From the NCBI GenBank assembly GCA_963702845.1, contig OY969763.1, positions 3,040,001 through 3,104,000 of the forward strand: a stretch of 64,000 nt of DNA. Reading direction: 5' to 3'. A program made the position numbers and the translations under genes. The number at the start of each line of letters is the position of its first letter. The first letter of the stretch is position 1. Shown in pieces: positions 1 to 11,094 of the stretch. The notes beneath the pieces are model-generated. The model did not search any database. It was not told the origin of the DNA and saw nothing but the letters and a program-made list of their open reading frames with translations. This stretch comes from an uncultured Verrucomicrobiae bacterium (GTDB taxonomy: Bacteria > Verrucomicrobiota > Verrucomicrobiia > Limisphaerales > Palsa-1400).

Positions 1-600
1 CCCTTGTCCGCCGCACTTTGGACAAGCACGTCTTCCGACGACACCACTGCCGTTGCAGTCCGGACAACGCGTCGTCCGACGCAATGTAATCGAACGAATG
101 GCGCCGCGCGTTGCTTCCTCGAGGGTTACCATCAGGTCTGCTTCAACGTCGTTGCCTTGTTCGCCTTGCTGTGCAGCGCCGCCACGACGGTCAAATCCAC
201 CAGCGCCAGCGCCGCCTCGACCGCCGAAAAACTGTTCGAAAAAATCGCTAAATCCGGTGCCGCCAAATTCAAAATCCTCACCACCCGCTCCCGGCGCACC
301 CGAATGCCAGGTGTAAGTTTTATAAGCTTGCCCGCCCGCGCCTCCTCCCGGAGGTGGACGGAATCCGCCGTTCTTCCAATCAGCGCCGAGCGTATCGTAT
401 TTCTTACGTTTGTCGGCATCGCCGAGCACCTCGTAGGCTTCGTTGATCTCCTTAAACTTTTCTTCGGCGTTCTTTTTGTCCTTGGCGACGTCGGGGTGAT
501 ACTCGCGCGCCAATTTGCGAAACGCTTTGCGGATGTCATCCGAGCTAGCGGTGCGTGGGACACCGAGACTCTTGTAATAATCTTTGAACTCAACAGCCAT
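1..600 (-). CDS. DnaJ-class molecular chaperone (J domain, G/F-rich region, CxxCxGxG motifs), runs off the window start
   Basis: Manual minus-strand translation from ATG at 600: [40 protein letters not shown] (HPD motif), then [12 protein letters not shown] and CPDCNGSG...CPKCGGQG. Missing from the ORF track because no stop lies in the window. Confidence 0.92.
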   Translation of the reverse strand, partial: MAVEFKDYYKSLGVPRTASSDDIRKAFRKLAREYHPDVAKDKKNAEEKFKEINEAYEVLGDADKRKKYDTLGADWKNGGFRPPPGGGAGGQAYKTYTWHSGAPGAGGEDFEFGGTGFSDFFEQFFGGRGGAGAGGFDRRGGAAQQGEQGNDVEADLMVTLEEATRGAIRSITLRRTTRCPDCNGSGVVGRRACPKCGGQG

Positions 601-837
601 AGCAATGTTCTCGAGCTACTCGCTTAACATCTTGCGCAACGCTGCGCGACTACAAAGTTTTGCACCGAAACCTACAGTATTACTGCCAAAGCGGAAATCA
701 GCGACGTGTGAGGCAATGTCCCATCCAAGTCATGAGTGGACACCGCACACATCTGGCTGTATAGGAAAGAACTGATGGCGCTGACGGTGCTTTCAGAAAT
801 TTTGAGTATATAGCAAGATACCGCGTCTAAACAACTT

Positions 838-2166
838 ATGGCGAATTTTGATGATGCCCGCAAACCTGCGGGAACCCCCGGAACAGCCCCCGTTCCGTCC
901 GGAAAGCGACGCTTTCCCATCCTGACTATCATCATTGTCCTAGCCCTCATCGTCGTGGGTGTAATCGTCTGGCGACAAGTGACCCAGTCCAATTCTTCCA
1001 AGCCGCAAGGCGGAATGCGTGGCGGCTTCACGGGGCCCGTGCCGGTCATCGTTGGCGTCGCGCAACAAAAGAATGTGCCAGTGTACCTTGATGGCATCGG
1101 AACCGTTCAGGCATTCAATACGGTGACGCTCCGTAGCCGTGTCGATGGGCAACTTCAGAAGCTAGGATTCGAAGAAGGCCAAGACATCCGCACGGGGAAT
1201 CTCGTCGCTCAAATCGACCCTGATCCCTTCAGGACACTGCTCGAGCAAGCCCAAGCCAAAAAATCCCAGGATGAGGCGCAGCTCCATCTCGCCGAAGTCG
1301 AGTTGCAGCGCAACCTGGTTCTCTTTACCAATAAAATCGTCTCTCAGGACGTCGTCGACACGAACCGCGCGAGCATTACGCAAACTACCGCCTTGATAAA
1401 GTCAGATTCAGCCGCGATCGATAGCGCGCAGGTCCAACTCAATTACACCACCATCAAATCTCCCATCGACGGTCGAACAGGAATTCGGCAGGTGGACGTG
1501 GGAAACATCATTCATGCAAACGACACCAATGGCATCGTCGTCGTCACACAACTCAAGCCGATCGCGATCAACTTCACTTTGCCGGAACAAAACCTGGGCG
1601 ACATCCAGGCGCAGTTCGCACACGGGCAACTGAAGGTCCTCGCCGTCGATCGTGATAACAAAACAACTTTGGACGAAGGGCTACTTACAGTAATCGATAA
1701 TCAAATTGATCCAACCACCGGAACCATTCGCATGAAAGCGACTTTTCCGAACCCCAACCTTCATCTCTGGCCCGGCCAATTTGCCAACACCCACCTGCTG
1801 CTAACCACTCGCACCAACGCTATCGTCGTGCCTGCGTCAGTCGTGCAACGCGGGCCGGAAGGGTCTTACGCATTCGTTGTTCAGGATGATATGACCGTGG
1901 AGATGCGACCTGTAAAAGTCGCATTTATCGAAAAACTGGACGCCGTTATCGACAGCGGTTTGCAACCGGGCGAAAAAGTTGTTGTCGATGGACAATACAA
2001 GTTGCAGCCGGGATCCCAAATCAAGGTTGCCGAGCCAACCGGAACGAACGCCCCCGCCATAAATGCAAATTCGCAGAACTCAACAAATCGCGCCGGCGGC
2101 AAAAAACAAGGCCAGGGCGGCGATTGGAAAAAACGGCAACAGCAATCAGCGCCGCAGCAGCAATAG
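838..2166 (+). CDS. mdtA: RND efflux periplasmic adaptor subunit (MdtA-like)
   Basis: N-terminal TM anchor; IGTVQAFNTVTLRSRVDGQL, SPIDGRTGIRQVDVGN and IDNQIDPTTGT motifs; lies upstream of two RND permeases. Confidence 0.9.
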   Translation: MANFDDARKPAGTPGTAPVPSGKRRFPILTIIIVLALIVVGVIVWRQVTQSNSSKPQGGMRGGFTGPVPVIVGVAQQKNVPVYLDGIGTVQAFNTVTLRSRVDGQLQKLGFEEGQDIRTGNLVAQIDPDPFRTLLEQAQAKKSQDEAQLHLAEVELQRNLVLFTNKIVSQDVVDTNRASITQTTALIKSDSAAIDSAQVQLNYTTIKSPIDGRTGIRQVDVGNIIHANDTNGIVVVTQLKPIAINFTLPEQNLGDIQAQFAHGQLKVLAVDRDNKTTLDEGLLTVIDNQIDPTTGTIRMKATFPNPNLHLWPGQFANTHLLLTTRTNAIVVPASVVQRGPEGSYAFVVQDDMTVEMRPVKVAFIEKLDAVIDSGLQPGEKVVVDGQYKLQPGSQIKVAEPTGTNAPAINANSQNSTNRAGGKKQGQGGDWKKRQQQSAPQQQ

Positions 2167-2193
2167 GATGCAACATCGACTACTCCGACGTTC

Positions 2194-5100
2194 ATGAGCA
2201 TTTCTGAGCCATTCATCCGGCGGCCGGTCGCAACCTCGCTTTTGATGGCTGGCGTGCTATTGATGGGGTTGCTCGGATATTTTCTTCTGCCCATCTCCTC
2301 GCTGCCGACCGTCGATTTTCCCACGATTCAAGTCACGGCAGAATTCCCCGGTGCCAGTCCGGATGTGATGGTTTCATCAGTCACCACTCCTCTGGAGCGG
2401 CAATTCGGCGAAATCAGCGGATTGACGATGATGACCTCGGTCAGCTCTTTCGGGAATACCGCCATCACATTGCAGTTCGCACTGGACCGGGACATCGACG
2501 CTGCCGGCCAGGATGTACAAGCGGCGATGAATGCAGCCAACGGCTTTTTGCCAAAAATGCCGAACCCGCCGACTTACAGTAAAGTCAATCCCGCCGATGT
2601 CCCGATTATTACCCTGGAAGTTTCATCCGATTCGTTGCCACTCGAAAAAGTGAACGACCTTGCCGACACAGTGCTCGCGCAAAAGCTGAGCGAAGTAAGT
2701 GGCGTGGGTCTCGTTACGATCGAGGGAAATCAAAAGCCAGCCGTCCGCGTGCGCGTCAATCCAGCCGCCATTGCCGCACGCAACATCAGCCTTGAAGATA
2801 TCCGCACTGCGTTAAACCAAAACAACGTCAACGCGCCGAAAGGAAGTTTTGACGGTCCACGCCAGTCGTACGCCATCGGTGCCAACGACCAGATTTTCTC
2901 GGCAGGCCAATACGCGGACATGATCATTGCGTATAAAAACGGAAATCCCGTTCGATTGAAAGACATCGGGCAAGTGATCGATGATGTTGAAAACGTTCGC
3001 CTGGCCGCATGGGTGGACACGCCCGGTGATGCCATCGTCCACACTTCAGCGCCGAAGCGAAAGAAAACGGGAGCCAATAATTCGACGCTGCAAAAACCCG
3101 CGGTCATTCTCGACATTCAACGACAGCCGGGCGCCAACATCATTCAAACGGCCGATCGTGTAAAAGCGTTGCTGCCGAAAATGCAGTCTAACCTGCCCTC
3201 CTCGGTTCACGTCGCGATTCTCTCGGACCGAACGGAAACGATTCGCGCATCGGTCCACGATGTGCAGTTCACGATGCTTCTCACGATGGCGCTCGTCGTC
3301 ATGGCGATTTTCATGTTCCTCCGAAAATTGTGGGCAACCGTCATTCCATCCGTTGCCCTGCCCATCACCATTGCCGCAACCTTCGGCATCATGGAACTGG
3401 TCGGCTTCAGCTTGGACAACTTATCGCTGATGGCGCTAACGATCGCGACGGGATTCGTCGTGGACGATGCCATCGTCATGATCGAAAACATCGTCCGCTA
3501 TATCGAAATGGGCGAGACGCCGCTCAAGCAGCGCTCAAAGGCGCCAGCCAGATCGGGTTCACCATTATTTCACTCACCGTTTCGCTGATTGCCGTGTTTA
3601 TTCCCCTGCTCTTCATGAGCGGAATTGTCGGACGATTGTTCCGCGAATTTGCGCTCACGCTGACTTTCTCCGTTGCGGTGTCCGCTCTTGTGTCACTCAC
3701 CTTGACGCCCATGATGTGTGCGCGGTTGCTCAAACCAGAATCACAAGAAAAACATGGGCGCTTCTACCACCTTTCAGAAAAATATTTCAACGACCTGCTG
3801 AACGCCTATGATCGCAGCTTGAAATGGGTGTTGCATCATCACGTTTTCACGATGATTGTTGCGGCCATCACTCTCGTCGCAACGATTTGGCTCTACATTC
3901 TGATTCCGAAAGGCCTGTTGCCCCAACAGGATACCGGCATGGTCCTCGGATTCACCGATGCCGCACAGTCGATCTCGTTCAAGAACATGGCATCCAAGCA
4001 ACGCGTGCTTTCAGAAATCGTCGCGCGCGATCCGGATATGGACCGCGTCGCGTCGTTCGTCGGCGCGGGGTCGGTAAATCCAACCATGAACAGCGGCCGG
4101 CTTTATATAATGTTGAAGCCTCGCGATGCCCGCAAATCCAACGCCTCGCAAATTATCGATCGCTTGCGCGAGTCCACGCGCAACGTCGAAGGCATTTCGC
4201 TTTTCATGCAGGCCGCGCAAGACGTGCAGATCGAGAGCCGCGTCAGCCGCACGCAATATCAATACACGTTACAAGACGCCGATGAGGATGGAACTGGCCG
4301 ATTGGGCAAACAAAATCCAGCAAAAGTTAGCGGCAATTGCCAGATCTCGCCGACGTCGCGACCGACCAGCAACCCGGTGGCTCTCAGGTTGCCATGGATA
4401 TCGACCGCGAGTCTGCCGCCGGATGAACATCGCGCCTCAAGCGATCGACGACACGCTCTACGATGCATTCGGCCAGCGCCAGGTCTCGACGATTTACACG
4501 CAACTCAATCAATATCGTGTCATTCTCGAAGCCGAACAGCGCTATCCAATCATCACCCGAAAACCTGGATAAAATTTATGTGAAATCAGCGACTGGCCAG
4601 ATGGTGCCGTTAAGCGCTTTTGCAAAAATCACAACCGGTTTGCAGCCGCTGATTATATCGCATCAAGGCCAGTTCCCGGCCGTGACCCTTTCGTTCAATC
4701 TGACGCCGCGGCAGCTCACTGGGGGCCGCGGTCAAAGCGATCGAAGCGGCCGAACAAGACATCCACGTCCTGAAACGGTGACTCGCACATTTACCGGCAG
4801 CGCGGCTGAGTTCCGCAGTTCTCTTAAGAGCGAACCGTACCTCTTGCTCGCGGCGATCATTGCGATCTACATCGTCCTCGGCGTTCTCTACGAAAGCTAC
4901 ATCCATCCGCTGACAATTCTGTCCACATTGCCGTCTGCCGGTGTCGGCGCGTTGTTGGCACTGATGTTATTCGGTTACGATCTTTCGCTCATTGCCCTCA
5001 TTGGAATTATTCTCCTCATCGGCATCGTTAAAAAGAACGCGATCATGATGATCGACTTCGCGCTCGACGCTGAACGCAACCAAAATCTGCCGCCGGAACA

Positions 5101-5384
5101 GTCGATTTATCAGGCCTGTCTGTTGCGGTTCCGGCCAATCATGATGACGACATTTGCGGCATTGTTTGGCGCATTGCCATTGGCTTTGCAAAGCGGAACT
5201 GGCTCCGAACTGCGCAAACCCATGGGTATTTCGATCGTCGGCGGCTTACTGCTCTCACAGTTCCTGACTTTGTATACGACGCCCGTCATTTATTTATACC
5301 TCGATCGTTTCGCTGCACGGGTGCGACGATGGCGTGGTAGTAGCACATCTGCCGGACGCAACTGTGCCTCAAACCATTCCGTGA
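2194..5384 (+). CDS. mdtB: RND efflux permease MdtB-like, split by several frameshifts (approx. 3525, 4290-4420, 4545, 4710-4765 and near the C-terminus); end approximate
   Basis: Starts [32 protein letters not shown] and [15 protein letters not shown] motifs are spread over ORFs 2194-3588, 3330-4583, 4126-4572 and the first part of 4463-8641. Confidence 0.85.
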
Positions 5385-8300
5385 ACATTTCTGGCCCATT
5401 CATCCGCCGACCAGCCGGCACTTCGCTGTTGGCTATCGGATTATTTTTGGTTGGAATCGCAGCATATCGCGCGATGCCCGTCGCGCCGGTGCCTCGCGTC
5501 GATTTCCCGATGATCAGCGTCAGCGCGTCGTTACCCGGCGCAGATCCCGAAACAGTTGCCTCGTCCCTTGCCGCTCCGCTTGAGCGTCGACTCGGCCAAA
5601 TCGCGGGCGTCAATGAAATGACGTCCATCAGCACGCTCGGCGGCACATCGATTACCCTGCAATTTGATTTAAACCGAACCGTCGATCGCGCCGCCCGCGA
5701 TGTCCAGGCTGCCATCAATGCCTCCTCGGCGGACTTGCCCATCAATCTTCCGAGCCTGCCAACCTATCGCAAAATCAATCCAGCAGATGCGCCGATCATG
5801 ATCATGGCGATGACATCGGACACACTCATCCCAACCACCGTTTATGAGAACGCCGATGAAATTGTCGCACAGCGCTTAAGCCAGGTCGAAGGCGTCAGCC
5901 AGGTCATTGTCAGCGGTGCGGAAAAATCGGCTGTCCGCGTCCAAATCAATCCAACCGCGCTCTCTTCAACTGGCCTGAGCCTCGAAGAAATCCGCAGCCT
6001 TTTGGGACTAGTAAATGTTGATTCACCCAAAGGCAGCCTGGAGGGCTCGCGCGATGCTTATACCATTACCGCCAACGACCAACTCTTCGACCCGGCCAAG
6101 TATCAATCCCTGGTCATCACCCAAAAACACAATGTCCCGATCCGTCTGAGCTCACTTGGCAACGTCATCGAAAGCGTTGAGAACACCCGTCAGGCGGGTT
6201 GGGCGAATACCAAGCCCGCCGTTCTATTAATTATATTCAAGCAACCCGACGCCAACGTTATCGAAACAGTTGACCGCATCAAAGCGATCCTCCCTCAAAT
6301 CGGAAAATGGATCCCGCCATCCATCAAACTTTTTTCCATCAGCGACCGGACGACCACTATTCGCGCCTCCGTGCAGGATGTGCAGTTTTCTCTCCTCATC
6401 AGCATCGCGCTCGTCGTCATGGTCATTTTTCTCTTCCTTCGCCGTTTCTGGCCGACGTTTATCGCCAGCGTCACCGTGCCACTCGCCCTCACCGGCACCT
6501 TCGTCGCGATGTATTTGTTCGGCTACAGCATTGATAATCTGTCGCTAATGGCCATCACAATCTCGGTCGGCTTCGTCGTCGACGATGCCATCGTCGTGAT
6601 CGAAAATGTTTATCGTTTTATCGAACAGGGCGAAACCACCATGAATGCCGCGCTAAAGGGTGCGCGGCAAATCGGATTCACCGTCGTATCGATGAGCCTC
6701 TCCCTTATAGCTGTATTTATACCGCTGCTCTTCATGGGCGGGATCATCGGACGCCTCTTCCACGAATTCGCAGTCACCCTCAGCATGGCAATCCTGGTGT
6801 CCGGCGTGATCTCCCTTTCGCTGACGCCGATGTTGTGCTCGCGCTTTCTCCGCGCCGAATCGAGCTATGCCAAAGAAGGCAGGGTCTATCGCGCATTGGA
6901 AAGTTGTTTCGATTGGTTGCTGGCCAAATATGAATTCGGGTTGAAATGGGTCTTGCGCCATCAGATTTTCATGCTCGCGGTGTTCTTCATCACTGCCGGG
7001 CTGACAGCTTTCCTCTACATCATATGTCCGAAGGGCACATTCCCACAACAGGACACGGGTGTTATCATGGGAACAACGGAAGCTTCACAGGACATTTCTT
7101 TTGCTGCGATGTCGGTACTCCAGCAACGCGTCGCCAATGTTGTTCTCGAGGATCCAGCCGTCGATACCATCGCCTCCTTTATTGGCGCAGGCGGCGGTGG
7201 CGCATCCACCGTGAATAACGGGCGCATGTTCATCACGCTAAAACCGATCGAGGAGCGTGGATATGCGAGCAATATCCCACCGGAGGGCCGCAACGAAAAA
7301 TCAAGATCAGGGAAATCCGCCCAATCACCACAGTCACAGCCGCCGCAGCAAGCACAGAATTGGGTTGCGAAAATAACGACAAAGCTATTCAGCGGCGGAA
7401 AACATCACGCCACCGCCGAGGATGTTATCAATCGCTTGCGGCGAAAACTCAATGGCGTCGTAGGAATAAATCTATTCCTCGTTGCCTCGCAGGACATTCG
7501 CGTCGGCGGTCGAACTTCCCGATCACAATTCCAATACACGCTCCAGTCATCGGACCTGCAGGAACTCAGCAAATGGTCCACTGCGCTGATGAATAAGCTA
7601 AAGGAATATCCCGAACTCAAAGACGTCAACAGCGACCAACAAACCCGCGGCCTGCAGGCCAACGTGGTCATCGACCGTGACGCGGCGGCACGTCTTGGCG
7701 TGTCGCCTACTGACATCGACAACACCCTTTATGATGCGTTCGGACAAAGGCAAGTCTCGACATTGTATAAGCGTTACAACCAGCACCACGTCATCCTCGA
7801 GGTCCAACCCAATTACCTGTTATCACCCGCCTCTCTGGGTCAGATTTACGTGAAATCAACCGCTGGCAAACAAGTCCCGCTCAGTGCCGTGGCAAAATTT
7901 GAAGACAGCAACACCAGCCTCTCTGTCAGCCACCAGGGACAATCGCCGGCTATTACGCTTTCCTTCAATCTCGCGACTGGTGTTGCGCAAGAGGTCGGCG
8001 TGCAACTGATCGAACGCGCCAAACAAGAAATTGGAATGCCTGCCACCGTCACCAGCCACCCTGCGGGCGTGCTACAAATTCTCCAGGCGTCCACGTCCAC
8101 GTTGCCGCTGCTTCTTCTGGCCGCGCTCATCGCAGTTTACGTTGTGCTCGGTATGCTCTACGAAAGCCTCATTCATCCCATCACCATTTTAACAACGCTG
8201 CCCTCGGCTGGTTTGGGGGCTGTGCTGGCATTAAGGTTACTGGATTACGACCTGTCGATCGTAGCCTTCATTGGCATCATCCTGCTCATGGGTATCGTGA

Positions 8301-8641
8301 AGAAAAACGCGATCATGATGATCGACTTTGCCCTGGAGGTCGAACGTGGCGAAAACCTCACACCGGAGGAAGCAATTTATAAAGCCTGTATCATCCGTTT
8401 CCGCCCAATTATGATGACTACACTCGCCGCGATGCTCGGTGCGCTCCCCCTCGCGATTGGCTTTGGAGTCGGCTCCGAACTCCGACGGCCTCTTGGTATC
8501 GCCGTTGTTGGCGGGTTGATGGTTTCCCAAGTCCTAACGCTCTACACCACTCCCGTGATGTATCTGCTCTTCGAACATATGCGCGCGTGGTTTCGCGGGT
8601 GGCGCGGTATTCCGAATTCGAGACCGGTATTGGCTTCTTAA
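5381..8641 (+). CDS. mdtC: RND efflux permease MdtC-like
   Basis: GTG at 5381 gives (M)[17 protein letters not shown], a typical RND N-terminus; complete second permease with [13 protein letters not shown] and [15 protein letters not shown]; about 1086 aa. Confidence 0.88.
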   Translation: MNISGPFIRRPAGTSLLAIGLFLVGIAAYRAMPVAPVPRVDFPMISVSASLPGADPETVASSLAAPLERRLGQIAGVNEMTSISTLGGTSITLQFDLNRTVDRAARDVQAAINASSADLPINLPSLPTYRKINPADAPIMIMAMTSDTLIPTTVYENADEIVAQRLSQVEGVSQVIVSGAEKSAVRVQINPTALSSTGLSLEEIRSLLGLVNVDSPKGSLEGSRDAYTITANDQLFDPAKYQSLVITQKHNVPIRLSSLGNVIESVENTRQAGWANTKPAVLLIIFKQPDANVIETVDRIKAILPQIGKWIPPSIKLFSISDRTTTIRASVQDVQFSLLISIALVVMVIFLFLRRFWPTFIASVTVPLALTGTFVAMYLFGYSIDNLSLMAITISVGFVVDDAIVVIENVYRFIEQGETTMNAALKGARQIGFTVVSMSLSLIAVFIPLLFMGGIIGRLFHEFAVTLSMAILVSGVISLSLTPMLCSRFLRAESSYAKEGRVYRALESCFDWLLAKYEFGLKWVLRHQIFMLAVFFITAGLTAFLYIICPKGTFPQQDTGVIMGTTEASQDISFAAMSVLQQRVANVVLEDPAVDTIASFIGAGGGGASTVNNGRMFITLKPIEERGYASNIPPEGRNEKSRSGKSAQSPQSQPPQQAQNWVAKITTKLFSGGKHHATAEDVINRLRRKLNGVVGINLFLVASQDIRVGGRTSRSQFQYTLQSSDLQELSKWSTALMNKLKEYPELKDVNSDQQTRGLQANVVIDRDAAARLGVSPTDIDNTLYDAFGQRQVSTLYKRYNQHHVILEVQPNYLLSPASLGQIYVKSTAGKQVPLSAVAKFEDSNTSLSVSHQGQSPAITLSFNLATGVAQEVGVQLIERAKQEIGMPATVTSHPAGVLQILQASTSTLPLLLLAALIAVYVVLGMLYESLIHPITILTTLPSAGLGAVLALRLLDYDLSIVAFIGIILLMGIVKKNAIMMIDFALEVERGENLTPEEAIYKACIIRFRPIMMTTLAAMLGALPLAIGFGVGSELRRPLGIAVVGGLMVSQVLTLYTTPVMYLLFEHMRAWFRGWRGIPNSRPVLAS

Positions 8642-8675
8642 AACAAACGAGGACGCACCGTTAAGTGCGTCCTCG
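8641..8675 (-). terminator. Intrinsic terminator between convergent mdtC and efp
   Basis: Perfect 11-bp stem CGAGGACGCAC (8648-8658) / GTGCGTCCTCG (8665-8675), followed by TTTGTTT on the minus strand. Confidence 0.75.
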
Positions 8676-8697
8676 AATCAAAAAAACTGAACGGCGC

Positions 8698-9255
8698 TTA
8701 GGCGCGTTCCATGTACTTGCCCGTGCGTGTATCGATCTTCAAACGTTCGCCGGTTTTGATAAAGAGCGGAACCTGAACGGTAATGCCCGTTTCCATCGTC
8801 GCCGGCTTCTGCACGTTGTTGGCTGAATCGCCGCGGATGCCTTCAGGTGCATCAGACACCGTCAATATCACGCTGGAGGGTAATTCAATCAAAACAGGCT
8901 TGTCGTCGACGATCGTCATCTGAACGCTGCCGTTTTCAACGAGGTAATTCATCGAGTCGCCAACGATTTCGGAGGTGAGGGTCACCGTTTCGTACGTCTC
9001 CGGATCAGAAAAAACAAAGTCCTCGCCATCTTTGTAGCTGTACTCCATGCGCTTGGTCATCATCGGGATGACTTCCATTTTTTCGGTGGAGCTAAAACGC
9101 ACGTCGGACGCTTTACCAGTGCGAATACTGCGGAGGGTGGCCTGGACAAACGCACGCAAGTTACCCGGGGTGCGGTGCTGCGTTTCCAACACAACGGAGA
9201 TGTCGCCGTTGTAATTGATTGCCATGCCTTTACGTAAATCGTTTGCTGATGCCAT
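8698..9255 (-). CDS. efp: Elongation factor P
   Basis: 185 aa; DLRKGMAI, HRTPGNLRAFV loop, PGIRGDSA-like EGIRGDSA, KPATMETG, VPLFI, IDTRTGKYMERA. Confidence 0.96.
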   Translation of the reverse strand: MASANDLRKGMAINYNGDISVVLETQHRTPGNLRAFVQATLRSIRTGKASDVRFSSTEKMEVIPMMTKRMEYSYKDGEDFVFSDPETYETVTLTSEIVGDSMNYLVENGSVQMTIVDDKPVLIELPSSVILTVSDAPEGIRGDSANNVQKPATMETGITVQVPLFIKTGERLKIDTRTGKYMERA

Positions 9256-9368
9256 AGTATTTTCTTGTATCGACTGCTCGGTTTCCGGAGCGGCCGAAGC
9301 GGGGGAAAATACACGAGGTTACCTGAATTGCAAAGGGCAAATTTTGAGGAACCGAGGCGACACTACAA

Positions 9369-9638
9369 CTAATGGTGACCACCCCCGCAATCACAACTGC
9401 CTGAATCGACGCTACCGGTGTCGTGCGAGTGACCACTATCAAACGATCCATGATCCGACGAGTGATGATGGTGTTGGTGGTCGGTTGAATCCGACGACAT
9501 ATCGGACTCAATGGGAAAGAAATCGCCGCCTGCATCAGATGTAGATCGTTTCCGGTCGCGACCGGCAGAGGAGCGAGTAGCCAATCCAATGGCGACTGCG
9601 ATCGCCCCGAATACAAAGATGGCAAACACAAATTCCAT
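9369..9638 (-). CDS. Small membrane-anchored hypothetical protein with His/Asp/Ser/Gly-rich tail
   Basis: N-terminal hydrophobic helix followed by a low-complexity tail DHQHHHHSSDHG...SCDCGGGHH; fits between sulfatase and efp on the same strand. Confidence 0.65.
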   Translation of the reverse strand: MEFVFAIFVFGAIAVAIGLATRSSAGRDRKRSTSDAGGDFFPIESDMSSDSTDHQHHHHSSDHGSFDSGHSHDTGSVDSGSCDCGGGHH

Positions 9639-9681
9639 AATGCTTTTTTCTCGTTCTAAACCGATCGACTCGACCGAGTAG

Positions 9682-11049
9682 CTAATACTTCTTCAATAAA
9701 GCGTCGAGTTCAGATTGCATATTCTTCAGTTGTCCTGAAGCTTTCGAATCGTTGACTAGGTTGTGCATCTGCAACTTGTCCTTCTTTAGATCGAAAAGCT
9801 CATCCATGCCGCTAACACCTTCGTAACGAATGTAAACCCAATCGCTCGTCCGCGCCGCTTTCCATGCTGGGAATCTTGGGTACGGAGGATCGGTGAAATA
9901 TTCGAACAACGCCGACTTACGCCAGTTCGCAGATTTGTCCTTAAATAATGGCAGTAGCGACATACCTTGAACGTCTTTTGGAATGGTAGTGCCGCCCAAC
10001 TCCAGAAACGTCGGCGCGATATCAATGTTCATCACAATTTGATCATATTTCGTTCCCGCCTTGATGAGCTTTGGATAACGAATAAACAATGGATCGCGGA
10101 TCGATTCTTCGTACGCCCAGCGTTTGTCACCCAATCCGTGTTCTCCCCAGAAAAATCCATTGTCGCTCGTGAAGACAAACATCGTGTTATCGAGTTGCCC
10201 GTTCTTCTCGAGTGCGGCAAGCATATCGCGGACTCCGTCATCGACGGCAGCAAGGCATCGCAGCTGATCTTTCGCCGCTTTTTCCGGCCCCGCCCAATCA
10301 GGTCCCTTGGGTACTATTGCCTTCGGATGTTTTGGATCATGCACCAGTAACACAGGTTTGTCGTGGTCATCGTCATGGATACTCTTTGGGAACGGCACCT
10401 TCACGTCCCCATACAATTTCTTGTAACGCTCCGGCGGCATGAACGGCCCGTGCACCGCTTTGTGGCTGAGGTACAGCATAAACGGCTTATCGTGCGGCTT
10501 ATTGATAAACGCGACCGCGTTGCTGTTCAGAATATCCGTGATGTAACCCGGCACCTTTTTGCGCTCGCCATCGATGTTGAGCACCGGGTCGTTATAAACA
10601 CCCTGCCCTTTGAAACCCAGCCAATGATCCATGCCGGGCCGCGGCGTATCGTCATTGCCCATGTGCCATTTACCAACGAATGCCGTTTCGTAACCAGCGT
10701 CGTGCAACAATTTAGGGAACGTGACCAGCTTGTGACTCAATTCACTGTGGTCGGCGTTGTCGATTACTCCATGGCGATGCGGATATTGCCCGGTCAGAAA
10801 ACTGCCGCGACTCGGCGAACACAGCGGAATTGAGACAAAAAAGTTTTTGAACAAGGCCCCCTCATTGGCAATTCGGTCGATGTTGGGAGTCTTCGCCACC
10901 GGTGAACCCATACAACTAAACGCATCCCATCGGATATCATCGACCAAAACAAAAACAATGTTCGGCTTTTGCGGCGCATCCGCGGAGAAACCACATAGAG
11001 GGATGAGCGCGAGCGCAGAAAAAAGGGCAAAGCGTGTTCGGAAGTTCAC
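9682..11049 (-). CDS. Secreted sulfatase (S1, Cys-type; N-acetylglucosamine-6-sulfatase-like)
   Basis: Signal peptide; PNIVFVLVDD, CSPSR (CxPxR), GKWH and FTSDNG motifs. Confidence 0.92.
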   Translation of the reverse strand: MNFRTRFALFSALALIPLCGFSADAPQKPNIVFVLVDDIRWDAFSCMGSPVAKTPNIDRIANEGALFKNFFVSIPLCSPSRGSFLTGQYPHRHGVIDNADHSELSHKLVTFPKLLHDAGYETAFVGKWHMGNDDTPRPGMDHWLGFKGQGVYNDPVLNIDGERKKVPGYITDILNSNAVAFINKPHDKPFMLYLSHKAVHGPFMPPERYKKLYGDVKVPFPKSIHDDDHDKPVLLVHDPKHPKAIVPKGPDWAGPEKAAKDQLRCLAAVDDGVRDMLAALEKNGQLDNTMFVFTSDNGFFWGEHGLGDKRWAYEESIRDPLFIRYPKLIKAGTKYDQIVMNIDIAPTFLELGGTTIPKDVQGMSLLPLFKDKSANWRKSALFEYFTDPPYPRFPAWKAARTSDWVYIRYEGVSGMDELFDLKKDKLQMHNLVNDSKASGQLKNMQSELDALLKKY

Positions 11050-11094
11050 TTGTTTCCAGACTGAAGCGCACGCGGGGTGGTTACAAGCAAAAGA

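Noticed and set aside
4..627. Plus-strand 207-aa ORF
   Set aside because: Antisense shadow of the DnaJ-class gene on the minus strand.
4463..8641. Apparent 1,392-aa fused RND permease
   Set aside because: It is the MdtB C-terminus joined in frame to a complete MdtC that has its own GTG start and FIRRP N-terminus at 5381. This is probably an indel artefact in a frameshift-rich region, although a true fusion cannot be excluded without reads.
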